Under the pieces are notes generated by a model, which saw only the letters and a program-made list of their open reading frames with translations, did not search any database and was not told where the DNA came from. From Eledone cirrhosa (taxonomy: Eukaryota), in contig OZ024742.1 in the NCBI GenBank assembly GCA_964016885.1, positions 314,340,001 through 314,404,000 on the forward strand: a stretch of 64,000 nt of DNA. The letters run 5' to 3'. This document shows, piece by piece, positions 40,144 to 55,814 of this stretch. Made by a program: the position numbers and the translations under genes. Position 1 is the stretch's first letter. Each line of letters opens with the position of its first letter.

Positions 40144-41049
40144 TTTACGGAGACATGTTTCAATATCAACTATTGAAACATATGTACATTGCTACGTGAC
40201 GATCACTCCATTCATGACTGCTTGGTAGTAACTAAATACAAAGGTAAATACTTCTTACATTTTGCATAAAATACATGTTTTAAGATTATTTTACATCTTT
40301 ATTGTTGCTTACTTGGTGAAAGGGATTTATCGGTTTCTTTCTGTTACATCACATGCAGTAACCATGTCTATTCATAGAAAGCTGAACTTTTCTTTAATGA
40401 ACCAAAAATATTTGACTTTTAAAATTAACGACATTTTGTTTCTAAATCATCAGCATGTTACTTTCCATCTTTTATTTGGAAGGATTGTTATCGATAAATA
40501 ACTTTACTTACTAGGTTGCAGTAACGTCAGTAGCTTCAAATTAGACGTTCCAGTAGATGGCAACATTATATGCACGTTACTGTTAAGCTGCAATTGTCTC
40601 CACACTGTCTTTTGTTATAATTTATTGTATGAATTTATGTGTTCTTGTGCATATGTCTACTCATATATAAACTTCTGATGTGTGTTTGACATTTATATAT
40701 ATTCAGAAGCCATAACACCACTTGATCCATAATACAGGTGTATCTGAAAGAATGTACGATATGTTTGCATTGCTTACATATAATTGTTTCTATTTTTGGC
40801 ACAAGGGCATCAATTATGACAGTGCATTACTGGTACTTTATTTTGTCGACCACTGTAGATATTTTAGTCTATCTCACGGACCGTTAAAAAGCATCGTATC
40901 AGAAGATTTATTAATTTATCACCAGTGACATTTATTCACTCTACATGGGTGCACATAATCTGATAGTTTATATAGAGAGTTTTGCTAATATTGATAGTTT
41001 ACATATAGTTTTGCATATATTGCGGCCTTGTTGACAACCTGATATATAT

Positions 41050-41200
41050 ATAATTTGATTTACACTCCCTATTCCCTAGCAGTGAGGACAACTATAGGTA
41101 TAATATTCTTAGATTTATTGAATAAACATTCCTCCCTGAACACAATTATAGGACAATTTTCAACAGGCAGTCGGTGAAGATCAGCTACTCCTGTCATTCT
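41050..41200 (+). pseudogene. Old Hydra-like PLE fragment
   Basis: PYSLAVRTTIGIIFLDLLNKH / PEHNYRTIFNRQSVKISYSC is homologous to the WYNPPY..KHFP..KIFNR.TVKLSYS segment. Confidence 0.6.
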
Positions 41201-41379
41201 TTCATTTGTAAAAATTACAAGTAGAAATGAACCTGTTGTAAACCAGGCATGTTCATGCAAGTTAGAAGATGAATGCTTTTCGTAAGAAAAATGTAGCGGT
41301 AAGTCGATCGTATCTCTGTGGAAGTACGTGTGTGTGTGTGTGTGATGACACACACACACATACACACTTACAAACACAC

Positions 41380-41471
<92 letters not shown>

Positions 41472-41517
41472 GACCATATAAATTGAATATCCCATGTTTA
41501 TTTATATATCTATATAA

Positions 41518-42350
41518 TATTCTTGAAAAAGTTTTAACTATGTTTATAAGACTTATGATTAGTGATGAGTAATGACTGTATTACTTTACTAATTAACTAC
41601 TTTAATTATGGCAATTGGTATCTTCCTTGTTCATACGAAACCGCAGTCTAAGCAATTATGTAAGTAAAATTGTATTTTTCTTTTAACTGTATTCTTTGTT
41701 TACAATATTAATTTTTAAGTATACTATATATGTTATGCCTAAATATACTTTTTAAAAAGGAAGCTCTGTAAATATGGCTTTTAGTCCATATAAGGATTTG
41801 TGGTGTAAACTGGTTGAAATAGTTTTATTTTGATCTATATTTATGATGTTGCTACTTGTTTAATTAATTAAATAAATTAATTTAGGTAGAAATGTTAATT
41901 TTGAGGCTCTTGTGTTCTATATCTAACTTTCCTCCTGACCTGTAGCATTCTAACGTAGGATTGAGTATTTTCTGATGCTACAACTACTTGGTCTTTTGTA
42001 ATATAAATTAGTCTTGATACCAACACAAGATAATCGATTTAAAGTTTCTTGAAAAAGCTTGTTGAAAAACTTTTTTTATAAGACTTATGGTTACTAATGA
42101 ATCATGATTCTTAATTACTAATTAACCATTTTAACTATGGTAATTGGTATTTTTTGTGGTAATATGAAACCCCGGTCTAAGCAACTACGTAAATCAAGTT
42201 ATGTTTTTCTTTTTAACTGTGATTTTTATACAATGCTAACTTTTAATATACTCTACATTATTATTCTTAAGTATAATTTGTATACATAAAGCTTCGTAAA
42301 AATGGATTATATCCGATATAAGCATAATACTATTTATGGTGTAATATTAT
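41518..42350. repeat. Diverged direct repeat of about 300 bp (41518-41825 / 42046-42350)
   Basis: Shared TTCTTGAAAAAG..ATAAGACTTATG..AATTGGTAT..GAAACC..GTCTAAGCAA..TTTTAACTGT. Confidence 0.65.
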
Positions 42351-42365
42351 TTAAATGATGTAATT

Positions 42366-42556
42366 GGGCGGTGAATTGGTAGTATCGGTAGAGGGTTGGA
42401 CGCCATGCTTTCTAGCATAGTTACGTCCCTTTACAGTCTGAGTTCAAATCCCGCCGAGGTTAACTTTGCCTTTCATCCTTACGGGGTTGATAAAATAAAG
42501 TACCAGTAATGTACTGGTTAATTGCTGGCCTTGTGCCTAAAGTAGAAACAATTATT
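42366..42556 (+). mobile_element. Nin-domain-like SINE with 13-bp TSD
   Basis: AAATGATGTAATT at 42353 and 42558. Confidence 0.88.
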
Positions 42557-42584
42557 GAAATGATGTAATTTTGATCTATATGAA

Positions 42585-42629
<45 letters not shown>

Positions 42630-42924
42630 CATATATGTGTGTGTGTGTCTGTCTGTTTGTCTATCTGCCTGTCTCTCTGTATGTATGTGTGTATATATGT
42701 ATGTATGGATGGATGTGCGTAAAATTCTGTTTGACTATGCATTTCTGTATTTTTTCAGTTAAGTATATTATTCTTAATATTCAGACACATGTGTCGGTAG
42801 TTTAGGTATTTGTTGGATTTCAATGATTAGTAGCAGGTGAAAGGTTGATATTAGGATTGGTTGCAGGTATTTGAAAGTAGTTTCTTGTATGTATAACAGA
42901 CATATTCTGCAAAATCTGACACTC

Positions 42925-43035
42925 GTTTATCAAAGACATCGGATTATCTATCACAGCCGAAATAAGATTAAATACTGTAAACTTACTAGACGTAAACTTA
43001 AACTAGAACACACCTCTGTACAACCTATATAGTAA
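42925..43035 (+). pseudogene. Old PLE RT fragment
   Basis: KDIGLSITAEIRLNTVNLLDVNLN, compare NLSIQVEANLSVVNYLDVTLNL in family A. Confidence 0.5.
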
Positions 43036-43419
43036 AGAAAAGAAAGTGAAAAAATACAATACATACAACAATTCTTCAAGCACCCTTTAAAACCATTGAA
43101 CAGACGTCTGTTGCCTGTTTTCTTTCTTTACGATGAACCACATTATATAATATGTGATAAATCTTGAGCGCTGTGTGGCTCTTAACTCAGATTCAGCGGT
43201 CAGGTAAAGGAGCTCTTGTTGTTTACAGCGGCAGGAATAGGCAAGGATGACTCAGCTGTAGTATAACTGTTGCATTCTCTGTAACCCTTGTGGCTAAGTG
43301 TATGGAAACTTCTGCCATACTTGCATATGATTTCGTGTTTGTATGGTAATAGACGGTGTTCTAAGATAGTTTTATACATGTAGCTGTAAATTTGGAGGTG
43401 ATTAAATTTTAATTCAAAA

Positions 43420-43733
43420 GCTGTCTATACTCTGTATGTAAAGCTGGTCTGCAATTTTGAGTTCAGTTGAAAATTTACTTCAATAGCTAGCTATACATTG
43501 TATGCAAATTTGATCTGGAATTTTGAGTTCAGTTAAAAATTGACTTCAATAGCTAGCTATACATTGTATGTAAATTTGATCTGGAATTTTGAGTTCAGTT
43601 GAAAATTTACTTCAATAACTAGCTATGCAATGTATGTAAAGTTGATCTGGAATTTTGAGTTCAGTTGAAAATTTACTTCAATAGCTAGCTATACATTGTA
43701 CGTAAAGTTGATCTGCAATTTTAAGTTTAGTTG
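43420..43733. repeat. 66-bp minisatellite, about 4.7 copies
   Basis: Unit TATACATTGTATGTAAATTTGATCTGGAATTTTGAGTTCAGTTGAAAATTTACTTCAATAGCTAGC. Confidence 0.9.
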
Positions 43734-44026
43734 TATGCCTGTGTAGATGGTTTGCATTTGTGGTTCAGATGCAGTCGGAAAAGATAAATAATTAAGCAAT
43801 GAGGACAGGTTAAAGTGAAGTGATGGGATATATATATATATTCAATAGACGCTGTCGAACTTTTTAAAAGTAGAAAATGGCTGCAGGTGTTTTCTTTATT
43901 TATATATAGAGCAATTATTAATTATCTGTCCGATACATTAGCAAATACGTCTATAAATTACATTTTGAAAAATACATAAATATATATGTGAATATGTTTG
44001 AATAATTTTATAAGTATACGGTTAAA

Positions 44027-44063
<37 letters not shown>

Positions 44064-44113
44064 TAATGGTTATAGACACCTACGCTCTTGCATACGACAA
44101 TACATATATAAAC

Positions 44114-44206
<93 letters not shown>

Positions 44207-44207
44207 C

Positions 44208-44296
<89 letters not shown>

Positions 44297-44770
44297 GGGA
44301 TACTATTTATGGTTATGTATATATTAAAACTTTTTATAGTTATGTATATTTTAAACCCTAAACAGTGAAGGTCAGTAATTTATTACTACCTTTTTTGTTC
44401 TATACAAAAAATACCTTACCACTACAACCACCATAATAATCTTGCTTACCCGCTTAAAGTGCTTGCATTACGTGTAACACCCTGCGATACAATAATAGTA
44501 TAAAAATGAGACACACTTGCATGCTCCACGTGTAACTAACGCATACACTACCCACTAGACCTGACTATCAAACTATCCTCTTGCATTATCTGTGTTATCT
44601 GCCAAATGTATTTTAATTTTGATTTTGATTTTTATTTTGATTTTGAATTTGAATTGCTGTACAAAAATAGTATAGTATGATATATGCCACTCCACTGTAC
44701 ATCTATATATATGTATCTGTATGTCTCTTGCGTTGGAAAGGAGGTCAAATATGTCTACAAACATTGAAAA

Positions 44771-44819
44771 ATGGTCCGAAGATTCCAAGCCAAGGTTTGG
44801 ATGAAACAATTGTAAGTGA
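44771..44819 (+). ncRNA. Decayed hammerhead-like motif with CCGAAGA core
   Basis: CCGAAGA T TCCAAGCC AA GGTTTGGA T GAAA CAATTG TA; stem I does not pair. Confidence 0.4.
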
Positions 44820-44853
44820 ATAAATGGTTTGAACATAGCTTTGATTCTTGTGA

Positions 44854-44893
<40 letters not shown>

Positions 44894-44950
44894 ATTCGCG
44901 AAGGTGAAAGAATTGTTCTCGGTATGGTGAACTAACTGTTGTGTAACCAC

Positions 44951-45052
<102 letters not shown>

Positions 45053-45478
45053 ATGTGTGTGTGTGTGTTTATGTGTGTATGTATTGTCGTATGTGTCTAT
45101 AACCATTAGCATATATGAGCGAATATGTGTCAATATATATATATAATGAAAGAAATGGATGACAAAGAAAAGAAACAACTCAACTCCTACATATTACGTA
45201 TCGATGTATGATGGCCAGAATGCTTACGAAAGTAATGCTGACTTAATCTCTGGAATTTGATACAAAGACACTAGTTTATGATGGTATTAGTTCCTTTAGA
45301 TATATCATTATATATTTTAGAAGCTTATTCCACGATCTTTTCGTCATATCATTTCTATAGACTATAGAGACATTAGAGGATACATAATGGTATCATTAAA
45401 TGAACGTTTGTATCATGATAAGAACTCTCTCAAAAGAATATATAGGGGGGTTACACAAAAGCGAACGCAGAAAATGTA

Positions 45479-45532
<54 letters not shown>

Positions 45533-45535
<3 letters not shown>

Positions 45536-46439
45536 AGTAAGATCCATCGTGGTATAGAAAGGTCTTACGAGCGTGGAGGATAATAACTTGCTCAGCATCG
45601 GTAATGGTGGTAAAATTCCTGGCAAAGTTAATTGCGTCCTTCGGGAGGGGCTCCGAGATAGAGGCATAGTAGTTTTCTATGTCGAGTTGCAGGAAGCGAG
45701 TGTGGTGTTTATCGGGTAATTCTTGGAACCATGATATTGCCTCAGATGTTCTACTCCAGAGTGGAAGTGGTGAGGCTGCCCGCAATGATGGTAGAACTCT
45801 ATCCAGGATCTTCTTACTGATAGAGCCGATGTCAGAACGAGTGGGGTTGATAAGTCTGACTGATGGTTTGTTGAGGAAATTTCCCTTATGGTCCTTCAGG
45901 GTAAAGTGCGGGGTCTTTACCCTTAAAGGTTCGGTTCGGTCATGTAATTTAAGGGACTTGGCGATTTCTTTTCCGGCCGCGTTTGTCTCAGTCAGTGCCC
46001 TCTCTATTACCTTATTGTAGGTGGTCGTGATGGTATTTTTTGCCAGCTTATTGTAGGTCTGTGGGTCTACCTCATAAACGTTTTTGGTTTTATCGGAGGA
46101 GACATAAAGATTAGGGGATTTTTTTATATTCCGTAATTCGGCATTTAAGTAGGCCTGGAATGGTGTGGTGGCTCTACGGAATTTAATATCCTTGATCATC
46201 TTGAAGAGGTCTTCTTCAAATGGTTGGAGTAGGCTGTTGGTGGGTGGTGTCTTATTCGTTTTGAAGCCGAACTTCTCATCATTGGTAGATGCTACATCAG
46301 GGTTGTCGAGGAAGAAGGCCCTCCATCTAATTCGCTTGATGAACTCGTCGGTACGTCTGATGAGTGTTTTTAAGTATAGTTTCCTTGGAGGGATAGGGAT
46401 GTTCTTCAAGGAAATATCAAGGTCGAGTTTGGTCAGCAT
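45533..46439 (-). CDS. Hydra-like PLE ORF, N-terminal about 300 aa (open, truncated by (TA)n)
   Basis: MLTKLDLDISLKNIPIPP, IRWRAFF, SDKT, HFTLKDHK, VRLINPTRSDIG, FLQLDIENYY. Confidence 0.85.
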
Positions 46440-46569
46440 GGTTTCTTGATGATGGTTATAAGGGGCACAGAGAGTGCTAAAATGTACGTTATTCCGGGTT
46501 GAATCGGAGGTAACCACAGTAAGTAAGGTACTCAATACATAGCAGAGTATAAAAGTTTTAATATAGATG

Positions 46570-46620
46570 AGATTCTACAGGACTAGAACTGTTTCATTCA
46601 TTAGAAATCATCAGGAATCT
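46570..46620 (-). ncRNA. Type I hammerhead ribozyme (family B relative)
   Basis: AGATTC CTGATGA TTTCTAATGAAT GAAA CAG TTCTAGTC CTG TA GAATCT; stem I covaries with the 32752 copy. Confidence 0.8.
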
Positions 46621-47099
46621 GGGTATCAAAAAATAAATATGGTATTTATAGGTCTCTACAAGTGGTAGGAGAGGGTGGGGAGTGGGATGGGTGCAGGTCA
46701 TTGGTTGATAGAAAAGGGAATTCATTAAAAGCTAATTCTACAAAGCTATAGTTTATTTTTATTTATTTATGTATTTAGAGTAACAAGGGCAGACAGAATT
46801 CTATAAACAGGTTCCGGATGGCATACCATTCCTTGTCATTAATTTTCTCTTAAGCTAACAGATGTCTATAAAATCAGTGGGGGGTCAGTCATGGTCGATA
46901 GAATTAAAGAAAAGGGAGATTCTTTAAAAGCTAAAATCATTAAGGTTCTACTAAGTGACAAAGGTCTAGAGAATTCTGCAGACAGATTCAAAATACTGAG
47001 TGCATATCTTACTATTATCTTCGAACTTCTCTTAAACTAATCAACTATATGCCAAAAATCAAGAGACACATTCACAAAAAAACACATTACCAAAAAAAC

Positions 47100-47229
47100 A
47101 AAAAAACACATACTCACTCACACACTTACGCGCAACCATAAACACACACACAAACACATATACACACATAAAAACACACACACATATATAAAAATATATT
47201 CATGTACACACACATACATACACACATAC

Positions 47230-47274
<45 letters not shown>

Positions 47275-47467
47275 TATATACACACACATACACACACATA
47301 TATATATATACACATACAGACACACATACACATACATACACACACACACACATATATACACAAATAAATACACTCACACGCATACATACAAACACAAATA
47401 TACATGTGTATACATATACACACAAATACATATATACATATATACATACACATACACAGACACATAT

Positions 47468-47510
<43 letters not shown>

Positions 47511-47565
47511 TACATACATACACACATATATATATACACACACATACAAACACACACACACACAT

Positions 47566-47634
<69 letters not shown>

Positions 47635-47760
47635 CATATACATATATACACACACATACACATATATACACATATATAAGGAAAAAGCACCATACATACA
47701 TATATACATATATATACATATATATATATATATACACATACACATATACACACACATACA

Positions 47761-47808
<48 letters not shown>

Positions 47809-48026
47809 TTTATATATACACACACATATATACACACACCCACACATATACATATATATATATATATATATACATACACACATACATACACACACATACA
47901 CATATATATATGTGTATATATATATATATACACACACACAAATATATACATATATATAAAAAAATATACACACATATACATACATACACACACACATATA
48001 TACATATATACACATACACACATATA

Positions 48027-48082
<56 letters not shown>

Positions 48083-48384
48083 AATATATACATATATATA
48101 TATATATATATAAACATACAAACACACATACAAACATACATATACACATACATACATATAAAAACATATATATATACACACACATATATACACGTATGTA
48201 CATACATATATACATATATATACATATACATATATATACACATATATATATACATATATACAGATATACATACATACACTTACACACACAGATACATATT
48301 ATATATACACATATACACACACATATACACACACACATATATAGACATACATACATACACATACATATACATATATATATATAT

Positions 48385-48459
<75 letters not shown>

Positions 48460-48532
48460 CATATATATATACACACATATACACACAAATACACACGCAT
48501 ATATATACACGCACACACACATATATACACAC

Positions 48533-48565
<33 letters not shown>

Positions 48566-48701
48566 TACACATGCATATGTATAAATATCTATACACACAC
48601 ATATATATATCCATACATATACAAACATACACATACATACACAGACCTATACATAAATATACACATATATATACAGACATATAACGCATATATACACACA
48701 C

Positions 48702-48738
<37 letters not shown>

Positions 48739-48838
48739 CATACATATATACACATATATATATATATACATACACACACGCGCGCATACACACATGCACA
48801 CACACACACACAAATATATATACACACTCTCTCTCTCA

Positions 48839-48924
<86 letters not shown>

Positions 48925-48927
48925 AAT

Positions 48928-48973
<46 letters not shown>

Positions 48974-48991
48974 GCACACGCACACGCACAC

Positions 48992-49049
<58 letters not shown>

Positions 49050-49059
49050 ATATACATAC

Positions 49060-49106
<47 letters not shown>

Positions 49107-49111
49107 CATAT

Positions 49112-49154
<43 letters not shown>

Positions 49155-49335
49155 AACACATACATATACATACACACACACATACATAAACATACATACA
49201 TACATACACATACATACATACATACATACATACACATATATACGCATATATATATATATATATACATATATATATACACATATATACATACATATACATA
49301 CATAAATATACACACATAAAACACATATACACACA

Positions 49336-49407
<72 letters not shown>

Positions 49408-49480
49408 TACATATACACACATACAAACAAATATATACACATACAAATAAATAGGTACTCAATAAATATACGCATATACG
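47100..49480. repeat. 2.4-kb compound (CA/TA) cryptic microsatellite
   Basis: Continuous mosaic of TA, CA and CATA units. Confidence 0.95.
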
Positions 49481-49623
49481 CAGGCACATAAAGACACCTC
49501 TACAGGCAGAAAATGTAGATACGAAAGAGGTACTCACATAACCATAGTGGCCGTATTTCAGGTTGAGGAGGGGTGGGGGTAGGGTGGGGAGGAGGTATAG
49601 GGGCCAATAGGGGGAGGTCGTTT

Positions 49624-50360
<737 letters not shown>

Positions 50361-50391
50361 TAGTAATAATAATAAATTTGAAGACTAAAAT

Positions 50392-50443
<52 letters not shown>

Positions 50444-50454
50444 TTACACTCCAG

Positions 50455-50642
50455 CAGCCATGTTGCCTAGAGGTGTATGATTTTTTCATTGATCTGGAAA
50501 TGGCATGTGACCGCATTCCACGGTATTTGTTGTGGGAAATTCTTCAGAAGTATGGGCTCGATGAACAGCATCGTATTGACATGAAGTCCCTATACAATGT
50601 GGGTGTTACTCAAGCGTGTATGCTGTCGCATCTTCTGTTCGC
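50455..50642 (+). pseudogene. RTE-like RT fragment
   Basis: FIDLEMACDRIPRYLLWEILQKYG...GVTQACMLSHLLF. Confidence 0.6.
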
Positions 50643-50774
50643 ACGCACACACACGCACACACACGCAAATATATGCATATATATATAATCGAGTATTATT
50701 ATTAATATTCGAAAAACTAAGATTACATATATATATATGTATATATAAATGTAATCTGAGTTTTTCGAATATTA

Positions 50775-51008
50775 ATAATTGTTTTTTTTCTACTTTTGGC
50801 ACAAGGCCAGCAATTACCCAGTGCATTACTGGTACTTTATTTTATCTACGCCGTAAGGATGAAAGGCAAAGTTAACCTCGGCTGAATTTGAACTCAGAAT
50901 AATAATTGTTTCTACTTTAGGCACAAGGCCAGGAATTACCCAGTACATTACTGGTACTTTATTTTATCGACCCCGTAAGGATGAAAGGCAAAGTCAACCT
51001 CGGCGGGT
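50775..51008 (-). mobile_element. Two tandem 5'-truncated SINE copies
   Basis: Reverse-complement SINE 3' halves. Confidence 0.8.
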
Positions 51009-51215
51009 ATAATAATACTCGATTCGTTTGCAGCCTCTATAAGTCATGTCAGTAGAATTACTTCATCATTGCTGCTCTTGTGTTGGCATGTAAACAGAAC
51101 TACAGACAGTAATGTTTCTGGCTGATTACCCTTCATCAGTACAGTATATATATATATATATATGTTTGCGTGTGAGTGTGATTGTGTTTACGTGTGCGTA
51201 TGAGTGTGTATGTAA

Positions 51216-51262
<47 letters not shown>

Positions 51263-51373
51263 TAAAACGAATTCCACATTTGTCTGATTTACTCGTTTTA
51301 TTTACAATCCTTTAAAATTATAATGATATTATAATGAAATAGTATGGTAGAATATTAAATGTTAAATGTTAAT

Positions 51374-51412
51374 TGAACAAGTACTTTCACGCTTTCGCAA
51401 TCTTCAGGTTCA
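51374..51412 (-). ncRNA. Minimal type I hammerhead ribozyme (39 nt)
   Basis: TGAAC CTGAAGA T TGC GAAA GCG T GAAA GTAC TT GTTCA; GNRA loop, palindromic stem III AGTACT. Confidence 0.75.
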
Positions 51413-51711
51413 TATTCAGTGGTGACAGTCAAGTTTGCAATTTTCAACGGTAATGAGATGGCTAAAATCTGTGCCTTATATACAGTAAAAACGGGCTACA
51501 GGATGCTAAGTTTTGCAATCTGTATTTCGACCAATCACTGTGTGGTCTCACTAGATTACTAAAGCTGATTGGTTGAGCATGTCTAATGACTTCTATAAAG
51601 CATCAATTGTTTTGCTATTTTTAGAAATGATGAAAATAGCATTTTCTAGGGTTTTTATAAAAAATCTTCAGTAATTATCAACATCAGCATCACTTTTATT
51701 ATTATTATTGT

Positions 51712-52258
51712 TGGGAATTGGCAGTATCTGTAGAGAGTCGGACGCCATGCTTTCCAGCATAGTTACGTCCCTTTACGATCTGAGTTCAAATCCCGCCGAG
51801 GTTAACTCTGCCTTTCATCCTTCTGGGGTCGATAAAATAAAGTACCAGTAATGTACTGGGTAATTGCTGGCCTTGTACCTAAAGTAGAAACAATTATTGT
51901 TGTTGTTGTTGTTGTTAGTGGTGGTAGTCGACGTGATCGTAGGCGTAGTCATAGTAGGAGTAATACACCTAAGCATTATTATTGTTCATTTAGCTTGGGT
52001 TGGAATTTATCAATAAAATTCTTTTCTTTATTTTTTCTTTTGATTTCACTTGGGCTGTGTAGTTTGTAGAATGGATTGGCAGTATCGGTAGAGGGTCGGA
52101 CGCTATGCTTTGCAGCAAAGAGTTACGTCCCTTTATTACCTGAGTTCAAATCCCGCCGAGGTTAACTTTGCCTTTCATCCTTACGGGGTCGATGAAATAA
52201 AGTACCAGTAATGCACTGGAATAATTGCTGGCCTTGTGCCAAAAGTAGAAATAATTAT
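51712..52258 (+). mobile_element. Two Nin-domain-like SINE copies (51712-51897, 52072-52258)
   Basis: Full units. Confidence 0.85.
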
Positions 52259-52279
52259 AAATATATATATAAATATATG

Positions 52280-52345
<66 letters not shown>

Positions 52346-53130
52346 TTAACACAAATCAATATATTTGATAAACACAAATATCCTCATATTGACCGAGTTA
52401 GCTAGATAGAAATATACTAATAATAATATTACAGTTTGCCTATCATGACTTAAGATAATACATCATAAATCAACAAATTGTATTGGCAATGGCCGTAGTG
52501 CTTGGACAAATTCAAATTTCAAAATCAAACCTGTTCCGTAGACAGGTTTAAACCTTAAAATCCAAATATGTTTCGAATAATGAAAAAGTGGAAGAAAATA
52601 CCGCATTTTGATCTCCTCAGCAAGCACTATAAAAATTGGTATGTTCCACTTCAAAATATTTAGGAAGACTGTTTAACGCACGAGGTAACCTCATGCGGTT
52701 ATCCAGTATCTAGCTAGCCACATACTCGTGCTGCTAGAAATAACAGCCGTTTGTATGGGGCTAAATTCAGCTCAACGAAGGAGCAGTGAAAAATATATAT
52801 ATATATAGACATGTTTTATGATATATAGCTCTGATTATTTAATTTATTAAATTTTCATTGAGCCACAAAGTGACCCGTTGCAAAACACGTATATGTATAT
52901 ATATATATATATGTCTATATATATGTAAACTTTTATATGTAATAATCTCCCATTAGGTTGACATACAAATTTGGCTGTATTGTGCTGTGCTTTCTAGCAA
53001 AAAAGCCACTAGCCGTAAGCAAATACCACACCCCTTCCAACCTGACCGCTACTACGTCACGATTCTTAGCCATTTTGAATGAATTCTTGGCGCGATCACT
53101 TTGGAAAATTTAGTGTCTAGATCAGAGCAA

Positions 53131-53217
53131 ATCTCCTGATGAATCCGATGCTCGAGTTACATAATTATTACATAATTATTGGAAATCTCAAAATGCGGAC
53201 GAAACCATGGTAGAGGT
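53131..53217 (+). ncRNA. Type I hammerhead ribozyme with long loop II
   Basis: ATCTC CTGATGA A TCCG [about 48 nt] CGGA C GAAA CCATGG TA GAGGT; palindromic stem III ACCATGGT; GUA triplet. Confidence 0.8.
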
Positions 53218-53484
53218 ATTTAAATGTATTCTATTTTCTCCTAGTTTATTTTACACCTAATTCTGTTTAATTGACTGTATCTGGGCGATTACGCTGTCGA
53301 AATATTCGATAAATATTCCGTTGCTGCCGACGCGAAGGGCTAGTTTCGGTTATTTGTTGGAGATTTCTTCATAGAAGCCTCATTCTTATAGCCTGGTCTT
53401 TTCGATTTTTTTATATAGTTAATTATGCTAATTGGGAGAGGAAATGGTATATATTTTATTTTGTGATTCTATAGACATGTTTTA

Positions 53485-53529
<45 letters not shown>

Positions 53530-53790
53530 GGGGGGGGGTATGTGTCTGTGCGTGTGATTTATTTTTATAACCGTTAAGCGATAGGAAGTTTTGAATTCGA
53601 AAGGCTAGCAACATTAGTGTATTTTGACTATGAAAAATGGTCTGTGTTGGGCATATAAACTCCGGAGAGAGAACGAATTCAACAGTGCCGCCTCCAGGAT
53701 TCGATCCACAATATACCGATTCGCCACGCTAGACCTTACACTCAAGCACCATGACACTTTTTATGTTATATAAATCCATATTAATGAGGC

Positions 53791-54002
53791 AGTAAGGGCA
53801 GTAAGGGCAGTATCGTTAGAGGGTCGGACGCCATGCTATGCGGCATACAGTTACGTCCCTTTACGGTCTGAGTTGAAATCCCGCCAAGGTTAACTTTGCT
53901 TTTCATCCTTACTGGGTCGATAAAATAAAGTACCAGTAACGTACTGGGGTCGATTTAATCGACCCCTCCCCCAATTACTGGCCTTGTGCCTATACTAGAA
54001 AT
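53791..54002 (+). mobile_element. SINE variant with 14-bp TSD
   Basis: CATATTAATGAGGC at 53777 and 54003; extra GGGGTCGATTTAATCGAC segment. Confidence 0.85.
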
Positions 54003-54108
54003 CATATTAATGAGGCTGTACATATGTAAATAATCTAATGTTAGAACTATTGAACTATAGGAAGATTTAAATTTGGAAGTTAGAGCCATCAATGTTGTTT
54101 GACTGTGG

Positions 54109-54370
<262 letters not shown>

Positions 54371-54383
54371 AACAAATTATCGA

Positions 54384-54429
<46 letters not shown>

Positions 54430-55344
54430 TACAAAGAAAAAATAAGCATGTAAAACACATCACTAAAGACTGCACTGACACACATAGGATGTTTTACATA
54501 TACACACACATTTGTGTATGCTTACACACAACTACTTGTATACATGTGATTCATATCCTTTGCATGAACTACGATTGAGTTGAAGGAAATGCACCGCTCG
54601 TCAAAAGAGACGCAGGCTATTCAACTTTCCTTTCAACTGTACCTTAATACCGTATCAGCTAACGTCGCAATCACTAAACCGTCTATAATGATGTGCTGTA
54701 AATACTGTTTATAAGTGAACAGTATATTGTCAAGAAGCCTAGAGATATAAAACTATTTATGGCGACTGATTTATAGCAGCGGTAACTTTATTTACTATAG
54801 TAAGAGACAGGTGTTTCGTATTTTCTATTTGTAGTAACTACACTTGGAAAATGGTTTAGAATATCCGCAAGGGAATTTAAATTAATTAGCATAGGATTCA
54901 AGTCTTGCGAATGTCTATATAAGGGTGACATCGAGTTTAGGATTCTCTGTTAGATTTCCAGAAATATATTCTAGGTTAACAGCTGCTGGAATTGTTAGCT
55001 TGCAGGTTACTGTTTGAATGTATAGTGGTTCTTTTCCGTGTCTACCTTCCTTTTCATTTAGTTCTAAATGAGGGATCTTCCGGAGTTTTTAACGATCAGA
55101 ACTGACGCAGAAGACGTTGTGAATTGTACTGATATATTTATTTTTAAAGTAATTATGAAGTAGAATCAACATGACTCTGAACCATTAAATTACAGGTACA
55201 AATTATCCGACGTGCATCGACACAATTCCGTTTACCCAATGGGATAAAAACCGGGATCATATAGTTGTGAAACGGAATTTGAATTTAGTTGTATGGTTAT
55301 AGAGCTGCAAATAAATATTGTATGGTTCAAGCTGCAAATAAATA

Positions 55345-55632
55345 TTATTGGTAAGGGTGTTGGACTTACGATCATAATGTTGTGGATTCGATTCCTGGTC
55401 TGGTTTGTGTTGTGTTCTGGAGCAAAACATTTTATATCACGTTGCACCAGTATACTCAGCTAAAAATGAGTACTAGCATTAGCTGTGGGTTTAACCCTAC
55501 GATGGACAGGCATCCTGTCCAGGGTGAATCCTGTACTCTGAGTCGCTCTACATCATGAAACGGGGGTGAGCACCTAACGAGTCTTCTGGCAAAAGACATA
55601 ATTTAGACTTAGACTTAGACTTAGACTTAGAT
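55345..55632 (+). mobile_element. Second tRNA-SINE family (V-domain-like) with (TTAGAC)n tail
   Basis: GGATTCGATTCC B-box; AACCCTACGATGGACAGGCATCCTGTCCAGGGTG; about 5 TTAGAC units. Confidence 0.65.
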
Positions 55633-55814
55633 AGCTAACAGCTATATGAATTAATGCAAAAACTGGATTTAGCATAGATTGTAAAGATAGAATTATATGG
55701 TTCATGTAAACATATGTCAAGCAGACATGTTTAAAGGTATTTCAGCCGTAACCATTCCGTTTCTTTAGGAGAATATCTAAGACTACATTACCCAATACGT
55801 CCTTTCTATACTTA

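Noticed and set aside
41069-41290. Host exon on minus strand
   Set aside because: The opposite strand is a PLE ORF fragment, which explains the open frame
43420-43733. 66-bp repeat as a 22-aa coding repeat
   Set aside because: Stop codons in all six frames of the unit
47118-49487. 789-aa ORF and all other [16 protein letters not shown] ORFs
   Set aside because: Translations of dinucleotide microsatellites that lack stop codons; not genes
53683-53756. tRNA gene on minus strand
   Set aside because: A T-arm-like GGATCGAATCC is present but D and anticodon arms do not fold; likely a decayed SINE head
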